From: Spirochaetia bacterium
Lineage (GTDB): Bacteria > Spirochaetota > Spirochaetia > UBA9216
Direction of reading: 5' to 3'
Assembly: GCA_963677925.2 (NCBI GenBank)
Contig: CAXXYH010000004.1
Location: forward strand, 2,176,001 to 2,240,000
DNA length: 64,000 bases
Shown here: piece by piece, positions 21,824 through 35,099 of the stretch
Layout: every line of letters begins with the position of its first letter
Numbering within the stretch: position 1 is the first letter of the stretch
The notes under the pieces: model-generated
What the model saw: only the letters and a program-made list of their open reading frames with translations
Told to the model about the DNA's origin: nothing
Database searches by the model: none
Program-made: the position numbers and the translations under genes

Positions 21824-22059
21824 ATAGATATTTAACCGGTAACGGTTTGATATATTAAAGTCCTTTTTGTAGGGCTTTAAGACATAGTCTCCATAGAGAG
21901 ATTTAAGTTTGGCATTGTCAAACTTAAGAGAATACGGAATTAAGAATTCAGTATTCTCCGTTCTTTAAAATAGATAAAGACTGTTGAAAGATTACAGTTT
22001 TGAAAACTTATCCATATAACAGGGAGTGGATAAGTATAGGGAAGGGTTAAGAGGTAATA

Positions 22060-25048
<2,989 letters not shown>

Positions 25049-25191
25049 TATTTCCCCTTAATCAATTCCCGGAGAATTGAGCCAATAGGCTGCATGGACT
25101 AAGAAGTCCTGTGAATAGCAACCTATCGTGCCCAAACTCAATCCCTGTTCATTCTGCAATAGCAGGATGTAAGAATAATTTTGAATAATTA

Positions 25192-25287
<96 letters not shown>

Positions 25288-25301
<14 letters not shown>

Positions 25302-26270
25302 TTTTTTTTATTAATTTGGTTTTCATAACCAAATTAATAAAAATACAGTCTAAGATAACATAAGAAGTTTAGCTTGCTAAACTTCAGAGATTGCTCATGA
25401 TTAAAATATTGGGTTAAAAGAAGAACAGAGTCTGGAAGGAATACTGGAATAAAAAGCTGTCTGCAGCTATCTCCGGTCATATGCCAGGCTTTTTTTTATT
25501 AATTTCAAAAAGCAGTATTACAATTCTTAACTTTTAAAATAATCACTCCCGCTAACGCGTGAACTGATGTAACTTTTTTCACGTAAAATCTATCTAAACT
25601 AATAATTTGCGGGACTACGTTAGGCCCCATAGGCTCACCCTGAAAGTAGCACAGCAGGCTTAGCCTGATGTATAGTAGGTCATCGCCAGGCTTTTTTTTA
25701 TTAATTAAGTCTAAAGACTTAATTAATAAAATATTAGTATAAGATGTGGTAAGAAGTTCTGCAAAGCAGAACTTCAGAGAAAGTACTTAAGTAAAATTGA
25801 GTACTCAGAGATAATAGATAGTCTGGAAGGAATGCTGAGAATAAATAGTAGCAAAGCTACTTTCTCCGGTCATAACCCGCCAGGCTTTTTTTTATTAATT
25901 TGGTTTTGTAAACCAAATTAATAAAAATACAGTCTAAGATAACATAAGAAGTTTAGCTTGCTAAACTTCAGAGATAGCTCATGATTAAAATATTGGGCTT
26001 AAAAGAAGAACAGAGTCTGGAAGGAATACTGGAATTAAAAGCTGTCTGCAGCTATCTCCGGTCATATGCCAGGCTTTTTTTTATTAAATCGAATTTACAA
26101 ACTTTGTTATTCTTAACCCTTAAACCAAATACTCCTGGTAACGAGAGGACTGACATTCCTGATATTCACGAAATGATTTATATAAAACTTAAATGTTAGC
26201 GGGACTGTGTTTGGCTATGCATTTGTGCCCGAATAAGCAGCACAGCAGGCAACGCCTGATGTATAGTAGC
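25288..26270 (+). repeat. Array of five ~188-202 bp structured non-coding units delimited by copies of the 5S 3' end plus T8
   Basis: GGTCAT-n(1-5)-GCCAGGC-T8-ATTAA with GCCAGGC at 25295, 25483, 25685, 25879 and 26068; unit order A-B-A'-A-B'. Confidence 0.9.
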
Positions 26271-26410
26271 TGGCATGTTCAGTGTTAACGAACTGGAGAA
26301 GTTTCTATGGAACTTCCTTTTACCGTTTTTTTATTAGGTTAAATTCCTTTGTCAAAAAATAGATTATGTTGTAATTATCTAGCTAAATATAATATAGTGT
26401 TTTATAGCTT

Positions 26411-27217
26411 TTGAAGATGGAGAAAAAAATCATCGAAAATCCTGAATATTCCGACGCCAAGAAAGATTTAAAACTTACTAATCTTCAGAAAATGACTTAT
26501 ATTTTAAAGATCCTCAATCAGCCGCCTTATAAATTTACGGCGCAGGAAATCAGTAATCTTACAGGTATTAATCGTACTACCGTTTATAGAACATTGATGG
26601 TTCTTGTTGAAGAAGACTTTATTCTTCAGGATGAAGAAACACGGAAATTTGCAGTAGGTCCGATGTTATACCATATAGGACTTGGGTATCTGAATAACTT
26701 TCATTTCAAAGATGAAATTTACAAAACGCTTGAAAAATTAGCTGATATCACCTCGGAAGCCATTGGAATCGCTGTAAGAGAGGGCAACAAGATAATCTCC
26801 CTGTACGAGATAGATATTCAGCAGCCTTTAAAAATGAGTTATCCGCCAGGTTCATATTATCCGATGAACAGAGGCTGTTTCGGGAAACTTCTTATGGCCT
26901 ACCATGACCGAAATACTGTTCGAAAACTGCTTGAGCAAAGCAGTTTTGAAAAGTTATTTCCAAATACACTGACTGAAACAGATGAAATTCTTCATGAGTA
27001 TCAGAATATACGTAACAATGGATATGTGATTAGTGACGGAGAAGGATACAGTGTAATTGCTGCGGGAGTAGGTGTCCCGGTTTATAACACAAGAAATCAA
27101 GTTAAAGCCTGCCTTGCTGTTTCTTTTGTAAAGGATGACGATTTCGAAATTAAAAAAGATGAGCTGCTGAAATTATTACAGGAATATTCCAAAGAATTAA
27201 CAATTTATATGCCTTAA
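26411..27217 (+). CDS. IclR family transcriptional regulator
   Basis: N-terminal HTH (GINRTTVYRTL), GKLLMAY and GVGVPV effector-domain motifs; start may be ATG at 26417. Confidence 0.9.
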   Translation: MKMEKKIIENPEYSDAKKDLKLTNLQKMTYILKILNQPPYKFTAQEISNLTGINRTTVYRTLMVLVEEDFILQDEETRKFAVGPMLYHIGLGYLNNFHFKDEIYKTLEKLADITSEAIGIAVREGNKIISLYEIDIQQPLKMSYPPGSYYPMNRGCFGKLLMAYHDRNTVRKLLEQSSFEKLFPNTLTETDEILHEYQNIRNNGYVISDGEGYSVIAAGVGVPVYNTRNQVKACLAVSFVKDDDFEIKKDELLKLLQEYSKELTIYMP

Positions 27218-27263
27218 TGTTTTGAATTATGTAATAAATTATCCTGATTTTGCAGTTTAGCGC

Positions 27264-27333
27264 TTGCATATCATTTAGATACTTCGTAAAGTAAAGAAAG
27301 TTCACAATACGGACACAAGTTCATAATATGAAC
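27264..27333 (+). promoter_or_regulatory. sigma70 promoter followed by two IclR-type operators
   Basis: TTGCAT-N17-TAAAGT; palindrome GTTCATAATATGAAC (27319-27333) and imperfect copy GTTCACAATACGGAC (27300-27314). Confidence 0.7.
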
Positions 27334-27356
27334 AGGATTTACTATAGGAGCGTCTA

Positions 27357-28568
27357 TTGAGTCAGAGAGTTGATTTTCTTTGTGCATCTGTGAATGAAAA
27401 ACATCTTGTAGAATTAATATCAGATTTGATAAGAATTCCCAGTTATCAAGGCATTGAAAATCAGGAATATAGAGTTGCTGAATATATTCAGAACTACTTT
27501 ATTGACTCACAGATAGACTGTGAACTTATACCTGTTGACGGTGAACGAAGCAATGTTTATGCAAAAATACTCGGTGATAAACCTGAACCGGTTTTGTTAT
27601 TTAACGGCCATATAGATACTGTACCACCTTATGAAATGGGAAATGCCTGTCATCCTTTGATAGAGGGTAGACAAATTAAAGGGCGTGGCTCATGTGATAT
27701 GAAAGGTGCTGTTGCCTGTATGATGTATGCATTAAGAATTATTATGGAATCAGGTATCAAATTACCCGGAACTTTAATTTTTACTGCAGTAATAGATGAG
27801 GAACTTACAAGCAAAGGGACAAGGGCTTTCCTGAAATCAGGTATAAAAGCTGATGCGGCAGTGATCGGCGAACCTATGGCATACTCAATTGGCCTGGGGC
27901 ATAAGGGGCTGCAGTGGTTTCAATTTGATATCCACGGTAAATCCGTTCACGGGGGTGAACAGGAAAAAGGAATCAACGCAATCGGTAATGCCTCGATTCT
28001 GATAAATGCTATTGAGGAAAGGCTGGTTCCAAGGCTCAGAAAACGAATACATCCATTGATAGGTACATCAACTCTTAACTATGGACTGATAAGGGGCGGT
28101 TCACAGCCTAGTACTGTAGCCGGGGAATGTATGATTCAGCTTGATAGGCGATGGATTCCCGGAGAAGCATATGCGGATGTCTGCAGGGAATTTGAAGAGC
28201 TGATTTGTGATTTGGAAAAATCAAATCCTGGTTTTAAATGTGATTTCAGCGTAGTTGAAAACAGCTTAATGGAAGACGGTATTATTCATGAAGTCTGCAT
28301 TACAGATGAATCTGAGCCTATAGTTAAAGCCGCAGAGAAGGCTATGGTTGAATCTATAGGGCAGCAGCCTGAGAAAAAGGCGTTTCCTGCCTGGAGCGAC
28401 GGGGGACTTCTTAATTATTACGGAAAGATTCCTGTCATCATTATGGGACCCGGAGAGCTGTCCTGCGCACATACGGATAGAGAATATATTGATATTGATC
28501 AAGCCGTTGAGTTTGTAAAGATATACATAAAAACCGCGATGAATTTTCTACATTGGGAGGATACATAA
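27357..28568 (+). CDS. M20 family metallohydrolase (ArgE/DapE-like)
   Basis: GHIDTV, GRGSCDMKG, DEE, GEP, C-terminal AH. Confidence 0.9.
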   Translation: MSQRVDFLCASVNEKHLVELISDLIRIPSYQGIENQEYRVAEYIQNYFIDSQIDCELIPVDGERSNVYAKILGDKPEPVLLFNGHIDTVPPYEMGNACHPLIEGRQIKGRGSCDMKGAVACMMYALRIIMESGIKLPGTLIFTAVIDEELTSKGTRAFLKSGIKADAAVIGEPMAYSIGLGHKGLQWFQFDIHGKSVHGGEQEKGINAIGNASILINAIEERLVPRLRKRIHPLIGTSTLNYGLIRGGSQPSTVAGECMIQLDRRWIPGEAYADVCREFEELICDLEKSNPGFKCDFSVVENSLMEDGIIHEVCITDESEPIVKAAEKAMVESIGQQPEKKAFPAWSDGGLLNYYGKIPVIIMGPGELSCAHTDREYIDIDQAVEFVKIYIKTAMNFLHWEDT

Positions 28569-29515
28569 TGTTAAAACCGAAACGATTATCAAAGGGAGAT
28601 TCCATTGGCATTATTTCTCCCTCAAGCCCGCCGTTCTATAGAAGTGATATAATCCGTGGAGCTGAAATGCTCGAATCATGGGGTTATAAACCGGTAATGG
28701 GTAAGAATGTTAATAAACGCTACAAATACCTTGCCGGTACTGATGAAGAAAGAGCTTCCGACATAAATGAAATGTTTTCAAGGGACGACATCGATGCAAT
28801 CTTCGTAACCCAGGGCGGCTACGGCGGTGCGAGGACACTCAAGTACCTTGATTTCGATATGATAAAAAGCAATCCGAAAATTTTTACCGGTTACAGTGAT
28901 ATCACCTCACTTCATCTTGCATTTTATAAGATGTCGGGTCTGGTTACCTTTCACGGTCCCGGTAATGACGGGCTGAATTCTGAGGAACTCTCCGATTACA
29001 CAAAGGATTATCTGTTAAAGGCTCTTACAACTGGAGACCCCATAGGAGAAATTCCGATGGCAAGCAGTAAGGGATGGGTTAACAGGATCGGCAGGGGAAA
29101 AGCCCGGGGGGAACTGATCGGAGGAAACCTTACTCTGATATGCGGAACTCTGGGGACACCATATGAGATTGATGTGAAGGATAAAATTCTTCTTATCGAG
29201 GATGTGGATACTGAACCATGGATATTTGATCACATGCTGTCTCACATGAGTAATGCGGGTAAACTTCAGGAGGTTGCAGGCCTCGTAGTAGGTGTTTGTG
29301 AAAATTGTGTGCCCAGAAAACTTGATCCGGCTTACCATACAACATTCAGCCTTGAGGATGTTCTTGAGGACTGGCTTGCACCGCTTGGGGTTCCCGTAAT
29401 ATATGGATTACCGCTGGGGCATGCAAGGGATAAGGCCACTGTACCTTTTGGAGTAACAGCTTTTGTTGACGGTGATGAAGGCCGTTTATTTATTGAAGAG
29501 TCCGGAACCCTTTGA
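28568..29515 (+). CDS. S66 family peptidase (LD-carboxypeptidase/MccF-like)
   Basis: GGYG, GYSDIT (catalytic Ser), GGNL, ED, GH motifs. Confidence 0.9.
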   Translation: MLKPKRLSKGDSIGIISPSSPPFYRSDIIRGAEMLESWGYKPVMGKNVNKRYKYLAGTDEERASDINEMFSRDDIDAIFVTQGGYGGARTLKYLDFDMIKSNPKIFTGYSDITSLHLAFYKMSGLVTFHGPGNDGLNSEELSDYTKDYLLKALTTGDPIGEIPMASSKGWVNRIGRGKARGELIGGNLTLICGTLGTPYEIDVKDKILLIEDVDTEPWIFDHMLSHMSNAGKLQEVAGLVVGVCENCVPRKLDPAYHTTFSLEDVLEDWLAPLGVPVIYGLPLGHARDKATVPFGVTAFVDGDEGRLFIEESGTL

Positions 29516-29549
29516 TAATTCAAGGGATAAAAATACTAAGGGGTAGAAA

Positions 29550-31187
29550 ATGCAAAAGAGATCTATGACTTTCAAAAAGATTGCTATGGTAGCAATGATG
29601 GTTCTTTTAGCAGCAGGCGCGGTTTTCGCCGGCGGCCAAAAAGAAGGTAGACAGGTTCCGTCCGTATTGAGAATCGGCTGGGGCAGTGAAGGGGACAGTC
29701 TCAGCCCGTTTATCTGTTATACTCAGGCCGGGTCAGAGATTATCCACCTGATCTATGATTCTCTGCTTAACTTTGATGAGAATCTACAGCCTGTTTCAAA
29801 CCTTGCTGAAAGCTGGGAAACCAGCGCAGATAACCTGACATGGACCTTCCATCTGAAAAAGGGAGTGAAGTGGCACGATGGGGTGGATTTTACTTCTGCG
29901 GATGTTAAGTACACCTATGAAAGACTGCTGGATACAGGTCTCGGTCTTTTTGCAGATTCGCTCGCGGGAATTTCAACAATTGAATGTCCTGATGCTGATA
30001 CTGTAGTTCTGCACACCGAGAAGCCGAAGGCTAATATGCTGATGGTTACTACTCCGATCCTTCCCGAACACATCTGGACTGATGTCTCGGATGATGATCT
30101 GGAAATCTGGGAGAACGAAAGTCCGGTAGGTACGGGTCCGTTCAAATTTGTTGAGTGGCAGCAGGGTGAATATCTTAAGCTTGCAGCAAACAAGGACTAT
30201 TTCGGAAAAGTTCCTGATATTGATGAACTGGTTTTTGTACTGTATGCGAATGCCGATACAATGGGTCAGGCAATTAAAACCGGAGAGCTCGGAGCTGCCA
30301 TATACCTGAATGCAACTCAGATAAAAACTCTTAAGGAAGATAAGAACGTAGACGTAATTTCAGGGACAATGTTTGGATTTACTGAATTGTCTTTCAACTG
30401 TACACCCTATGAAGAATCCCTTGGTAATCCGATTCTTATGGACAAGAAAGTCCGCCAGGCTATTGAGTACGCTATGGACAAGAATAATATTATTGATGTT
30501 GCCTATTCAGGCCAGGGAAATCCGGGTACTACAATAATTGTACCAGATGATTTCTGGCATTATGAACCAACTGCTGCAGAAATAAGAAATTATAACCTTG
30601 CAAAGGCAAAAGCCGTACTTGAGGAAGCAGGGTATACCGATAAGGACGGCGACGGTATCAGGGAGAATGCTGCAGGTGATAAGATGAGTTTTACTCTTAC
30701 CTGCCGTTCAGACAGTACCGATGAGATCAAAGCCGGACAGATGATAGCCGGAAATCTGAAGGATGCCGGTATTGAGATCACCATTGAAACTGTAGATGAC
30801 GGTCTTCTTCTTGATAAAATCTATTCATATGATTTCGATATGTTTATCTGGGGATGGGGTACCGATGTTGACCCGACAATAATTCTCAGAGTCATGAGTA
30901 CTGATCAGATCGGTAATAACAGCGACTGTAACTATTCAAACCCTGTTTATGACCAGATGCTTCTTGATCAGGCAACAATCATAGATAAAGCTGAAAGACA
31001 GAAAATGGTATGGGAAATGCAGAAGATTATTTATGAGGATGCACCTTATATCGTGCTTACCTATGATATAAGCATTCAGGCTGTACGAACTGATATGTTC
31101 ACAGGCTGGAAGCAGATTCCCGAGAACGGTCCTTATATTTACAATCTAACATGGTATAACTACCTGAATGTTAAGCCTGTAAGATAA
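29550..31187 (+). CDS. Peptide/nickel ABC transporter substrate-binding protein (family 5)
   Basis: LAESW, WHDG, PVGTGPF motifs; signal peptide. Confidence 0.93.
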   Translation: MQKRSMTFKKIAMVAMMVLLAAGAVFAGGQKEGRQVPSVLRIGWGSEGDSLSPFICYTQAGSEIIHLIYDSLLNFDENLQPVSNLAESWETSADNLTWTFHLKKGVKWHDGVDFTSADVKYTYERLLDTGLGLFADSLAGISTIECPDADTVVLHTEKPKANMLMVTTPILPEHIWTDVSDDDLEIWENESPVGTGPFKFVEWQQGEYLKLAANKDYFGKVPDIDELVFVLYANADTMGQAIKTGELGAAIYLNATQIKTLKEDKNVDVISGTMFGFTELSFNCTPYEESLGNPILMDKKVRQAIEYAMDKNNIIDVAYSGQGNPGTTIIVPDDFWHYEPTAAEIRNYNLAKAKAVLEEAGYTDKDGDGIRENAAGDKMSFTLTCRSDSTDEIKAGQMIAGNLKDAGIEITIETVDDGLLLDKIYSYDFDMFIWGWGTDVDPTIILRVMSTDQIGNNSDCNYSNPVYDQMLLDQATIIDKAERQKMVWEMQKIIYEDAPYIVLTYDISIQAVRTDMFTGWKQIPENGPYIYNLTWYNYLNVKPVR

Positions 31188-31253
31188 TCGCAGGCGAAGT
31201 ATTTAATATGGTTGGAGTAATGCCTTTAAGGCTTACTCCGGCCATTATTTTTT

Positions 31254-32234
31254 ATGGAGACAGGAATGAACAAAGGCTACATCCTAAGGAAGATTTTTCA
31301 ATCTCTGATAACCGTACTGGCTGTTCTGATAATAAATTATTTTCTATTCAGGGTAATCCCAGGTGATCCTATGCAGATGGTAATGAGGAACCCCAAGGCT
31401 TCGCCTGAATCGATTGCTCACATCAGAAGCCTGTTCGGGCTTGATAAACCATGGTATACCCAGTTCGGAATTTATATCAGCCAGCTGTTTAAAGGGGATA
31501 TGGGTCTTTCCTTTACATTTAAAAAACCCGTTGTGGAAGTGATAGGGGCAAGGGTATTCCCGACTGTTCTTCTTGTTGGTGTTGCAGAAATTATTGCAAT
31601 TATTGTGGGAACACTGATTGGAATTATATCGGCATGGAAGAGGGGAAAGAAAATAGATGTTATCGCTCTGAGTTTTTCACTTATTACCTATTCAATGCCG
31701 ACATTCTGGCTTGGAATCGTCCTGGTTGTAATTTTCAGTGTTCAGCTGGGTATTTTCCCGACAACCGGAATGGTAACTCCCGGAATGAGTTTCTACAGTT
31801 TTTTTGACAGGTTTTTAAATATCGGCTGGCATTCCGTCCTTCCGGTTCTTACCTTCTCACTGGTGATGATAGGTGAGTATACAATGATAATGCGGAATAC
31901 TCTGATGGAAGTTCTTACTGAAGATTATATAACCACGGCGAGGGCGAAGGGATTTAAGGAAAAGTATGTAATTATGAAGCATGCTGTCCCTAATGCCCTG
32001 CTGCCGATGACTACGATAATCGCTATAAACCTGGGCCTTGTAATAGGAGGCGCAATTCAGGTTGAAACAATCTTCTCCTGGCCGGGGCTTGGTAGACTTA
32101 TGTATGAGGCACTGATAAACAGGGATTATCCTCTGCTCCAGGGGATTTTCATGCTGGTAAGCATAGCAGTAATCGGGGCTAACCTCATCGCTGATATTCT
32201 CTACAGTTATCTTGATCCGAGGGTAAAGGGATGA
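31254..32234 (+). CDS. Peptide ABC transporter permease (OppB/DppB-like)
   Basis: TARAKG EAA loop, ETIFSWPGLG, RDYPLLQG. Confidence 0.93.
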   Translation: METGMNKGYILRKIFQSLITVLAVLIINYFLFRVIPGDPMQMVMRNPKASPESIAHIRSLFGLDKPWYTQFGIYISQLFKGDMGLSFTFKKPVVEVIGARVFPTVLLVGVAEIIAIIVGTLIGIISAWKRGKKIDVIALSFSLITYSMPTFWLGIVLVVIFSVQLGIFPTTGMVTPGMSFYSFFDRFLNIGWHSVLPVLTFSLVMIGEYTMIMRNTLMEVLTEDYITTARAKGFKEKYVIMKHAVPNALLPMTTIIAINLGLVIGGAIQVETIFSWPGLGRLMYEALINRDYPLLQGIFMLVSIAVIGANLIADILYSYLDPRVKG

Positions 32235-33127
32235 TGGTTGATACAAATAAGTTAAACGACAGCAGCGTCAGTATTAAAAACAGGAATAAAGACCTTCTTG
32301 ATGCCTTTTTGCAGAACCGTATGGGAATGGCCGGGTTTATCATGTTTTCATTTTTTCTTCTGATGGCTGTATTCGGGCCGCTGTTTCTTCCCTACGATCC
32401 GCTTGAGTTCGGCAGCGGCTCCGATGTGTTTGCTGCACCAAGCCTCGAGCATCCGCTAGGACTTGATGATATGGGCAGGGATGTAATGAGGGCGCTCATT
32501 TCCGGATCGCGGGTTTCCCTTCTGGTAGGGGTGCTTGCCACGGTTATTTCAATGATGCTCGGTACGGTAATAGGAATTGTTTCCGGATATTTCGGAGGCA
32601 AAACCGACATGCTTCTCATGCGCTTTACCGATATCTTTCTTGTTCTGCCCTGGCTGCCTCTTATGCTGGTAATAGCCGCTATACTTGGCAGTAATATCTG
32701 GAATATTATCTTTGTTATCGGTCTTACAAGCTGGTCGGGGACTGCAAGAGTAGTACGTGCCCAGACGCTTACCGTAAAAGAGAATCAGTATGTTGAAAGG
32801 GCCAAGGCAATTGGAGCCGGACATCTGCATATAATGTTCAAGCATATAATGCCGAATGTTTTCCCGCTGGTATTTGCAAATACAATACTCATTGCCGCAG
32901 TGGCTATTATATCCGAAACAACTCTAAGCTTTCTGGGGATGGGCGATACCCTTCGTCCGAGCTGGGGGATGATGCTGCATTTTGCATTCGAGTCCGGGGC
33001 TTCAAGTGCCGGCGCTTTCTGGTTTCTCATCCCGCCGGGAATCTGCGTAATTCTGGTTGTTCTGTCCTTTACATTCCTCGGATACGCATTTGATGAAATA
33101 CTGAATCCCAAACTGAGGCGCAGGTAG
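32231..33127 (+). CDS. Peptide ABC transporter permease (OppC/DppC-like)
   Basis: HPLGLDDMGRD, LSFLG, PSWG motifs. Confidence 0.93.
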   Translation: MMVDTNKLNDSSVSIKNRNKDLLDAFLQNRMGMAGFIMFSFFLLMAVFGPLFLPYDPLEFGSGSDVFAAPSLEHPLGLDDMGRDVMRALISGSRVSLLVGVLATVISMMLGTVIGIVSGYFGGKTDMLLMRFTDIFLVLPWLPLMLVIAAILGSNIWNIIFVIGLTSWSGTARVVRAQTLTVKENQYVERAKAIGAGHLHIMFKHIMPNVFPLVFANTILIAAVAIISETTLSFLGMGDTLRPSWGMMLHFAFESGASSAGAFWFLIPPGICVILVVLSFTFLGYAFDEILNPKLRRR

Positions 33128-33131
33128 ATAA

Positions 33132-34097
33132 ATGGAATTACTTGAAATAAATAATCTTGTTACTAATTTTACTATAAAGGCCGGAGTTGTTCAGGCTGTA
33201 AACGGCGTGGGCTTCAGTCTTGGTAAAGGTGAAACCCTCGGCGTCGTAGGCGAATCCGGCTGCGGTAAATCCACACTTGCACTGTCGATTGCAAGGCTGC
33301 TCCCGAAAGAAGGAAAATCCACCGGTGGTGAGGTAATTCTTGACGGCACAGACCTGCTAAAACTTTCAGACGAAGAACTGAGACAGAGAAGGTGGAAGGA
33401 TTTTTCCATAGTGTTTCAGGGTGCGATGAATGCTCTTAATCCGGTAATGAAGGTCGGAGAGCAGATATCTGAGGTGATAATGCTTCATGAAAAATGTACT
33501 CCGAAGGCCGCAAAGGAAAAAGTCATTGAATTGTTTGAACTTGTGGAAATAGACAAGGCAAGGGTTAACAATTATCCGCATGAATTCAGCGGCGGTATGA
33601 AGCAGCGGGTAATGATTGCAATGGCGCTTGCCTGTTCTCCGAAACTGCTCATAGGTGATGAACCGACCACCGGCCTTGATGTTATTGTTCAGGCCCAGAT
33701 ACTTGATCTGCTTAGAAGGCTGTGCAGTTCAAAGGATATGGCTTTTATTCTAATTACACACGACCTTTCCATTCTCTCGGAGATTGCAGACAAGGTGGCA
33801 GTAATGTACGCGGGGAATATTGTTGAAATAGGTAAAACAGAAGATGTCCTTCAGAAAAGCGCTCATCCATACACCCGGAAACTGGCAGAATCATTTCCTG
33901 ATGTTAACGGAAAAAGGGAAATGGTGTCATCAATTCCCGGAACGCCGCCGAATCTGATTAATCCTCCCCACGGCTGCAGGTTTCATCCCCGATGTGAGTC
34001 GACCTGCGATATCTGCAGAACTGAGGTTCCTGAATATCAGGATCTTGGAAATGGTCACCTTGTAGCCTGCCACAGCGGGTCAGGAGTTTTAAAATGA
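33132..34097 (+). CDS. Peptide ABC transporter ATP-binding protein (OppD-like)
   Basis: GESGCGKS, FSGGMKQR, C-terminal GCRFHPRC. Confidence 0.93.
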   Translation: MELLEINNLVTNFTIKAGVVQAVNGVGFSLGKGETLGVVGESGCGKSTLALSIARLLPKEGKSTGGEVILDGTDLLKLSDEELRQRRWKDFSIVFQGAMNALNPVMKVGEQISEVIMLHEKCTPKAAKEKVIELFELVEIDKARVNNYPHEFSGGMKQRVMIAMALACSPKLLIGDEPTTGLDVIVQAQILDLLRRLCSSKDMAFILITHDLSILSEIADKVAVMYAGNIVEIGKTEDVLQKSAHPYTRKLAESFPDVNGKREMVSSIPGTPPNLINPPHGCRFHPRCESTCDICRTEVPEYQDLGNGHLVACHSGSGVLK

Positions 34098-35098
34098 GTG
34101 CTGTAATTGAAGCCAGGGATCTTAAGATTCATTTTGACATACGAAAGAGTTTTATCGAAGAAGTTATAAAGAACAATAAAAGCCGGGTGAAGGCTGTAGA
34201 CGGAATCAACCTTGAAATAAAAAAAGGCGAGATTGTCTCACTGGTAGGTGAGAGCGGCAGCGGAAAGACCACTCTTGGAAAGGCTCTGCTTTCGCTGGTT
34301 CCTAAAACAGACGGTACAATACTTTTTGACGGGAATGAGGTCCATGCCAAAAAAGGGCGCGAGCTTTCACTTTTCAGACAGAAAGCGCAGATTATTTACC
34401 AGGATCCCTATAAATCGCTTAATCCGCGGTATCTTATTCAGGATATAGTCGCCGAACCGCTGGTGGTAAACAGGCTGGTAAAGACGGCAGCTGAACAGCG
34501 TGAAAGGGTTATCGAAGCACTTACCTGGGCCGGACTTACACCGGCAGAGGATTACCTTCACCGCTTTCCTCATGAACTTAGCGGCGGGCAGAGACAGCGT
34601 GTTGCCATTGCCACCACGCTGATCATGAAACCTGAATTCATCGTTGCTGATGAGCCGGTTTCTATGCTGGATGTGTCAATAAGGGCGGATATACTGAAAC
34701 TGATGGTAGGGCTTCGTGACCGAATGGGTATTTCATACTTGTTTATCACCCACGACCTGTCCCTTGCCTGGCTGATATCAGACCGGATTGCGATTATGTA
34801 CCTTGGGAAGATTGTAGAGATAGGTCCGCCCGCCCTGATTGTGGGTGATTCTCTTCATCCCTATACCCGGGCTCTCATTGATGTAATGCCCCATGTTAAA
34901 TCCTCGGGTAAGAGAAAAAAATCGATACTTAAAGGTGAAACTCCAAATCCGATAAACCTTCCTTCCGGCTGCAGATTCCATCCCAGATGCCCTGCTGCGC
35001 AGGATATATGCAGGAAGGAAGAGCCTGTTCTTCGAAAGATGAAGGATAATCATTTTGTTTCCTGCCACCTTGCAGAAAATTTTGCGGCGGAGGGCTGA
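34094..35098 (+). CDS. Peptide ABC transporter ATP-binding protein (OppF-like)
   Basis: GESGSGKT, LSGGQRQR, GCRFHPRC. Confidence 0.93.
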   Translation: MSAVIEARDLKIHFDIRKSFIEEVIKNNKSRVKAVDGINLEIKKGEIVSLVGESGSGKTTLGKALLSLVPKTDGTILFDGNEVHAKKGRELSLFRQKAQIIYQDPYKSLNPRYLIQDIVAEPLVVNRLVKTAAEQRERVIEALTWAGLTPAEDYLHRFPHELSGGQRQRVAIATTLIMKPEFIVADEPVSMLDVSIRADILKLMVGLRDRMGISYLFITHDLSLAWLISDRIAIMYLGKIVEIGPPALIVGDSLHPYTRALIDVMPHVKSSGKRKKSILKGETPNPINLPSGCRFHPRCPAAQDICRKEEPVLRKMKDNHFVSCHLAENFAAEG

Positions 35099-35099
35099 A

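Noticed and set aside
25429-25490. Additional intact 5S or tRNA genes in the array
   Set aside because: Only helix I and the 3' end match 5S; the CCGAAC loop and tRNA D/T arms are absent
25612-25645. GACTACGTT...CACCCTG resembling HEARO/omegaRNA motifs
   Set aside because: Short match, not kept in the sister unit (GACTGTGTT), and no IscB/HNH gene nearby
25981-26199. 72-aa ORF in the array
   Set aside because: The near-identical unit 1 lacks one base and stops after six codons; the ORF crosses a unit boundary and a T8 tract and has no clear RBS
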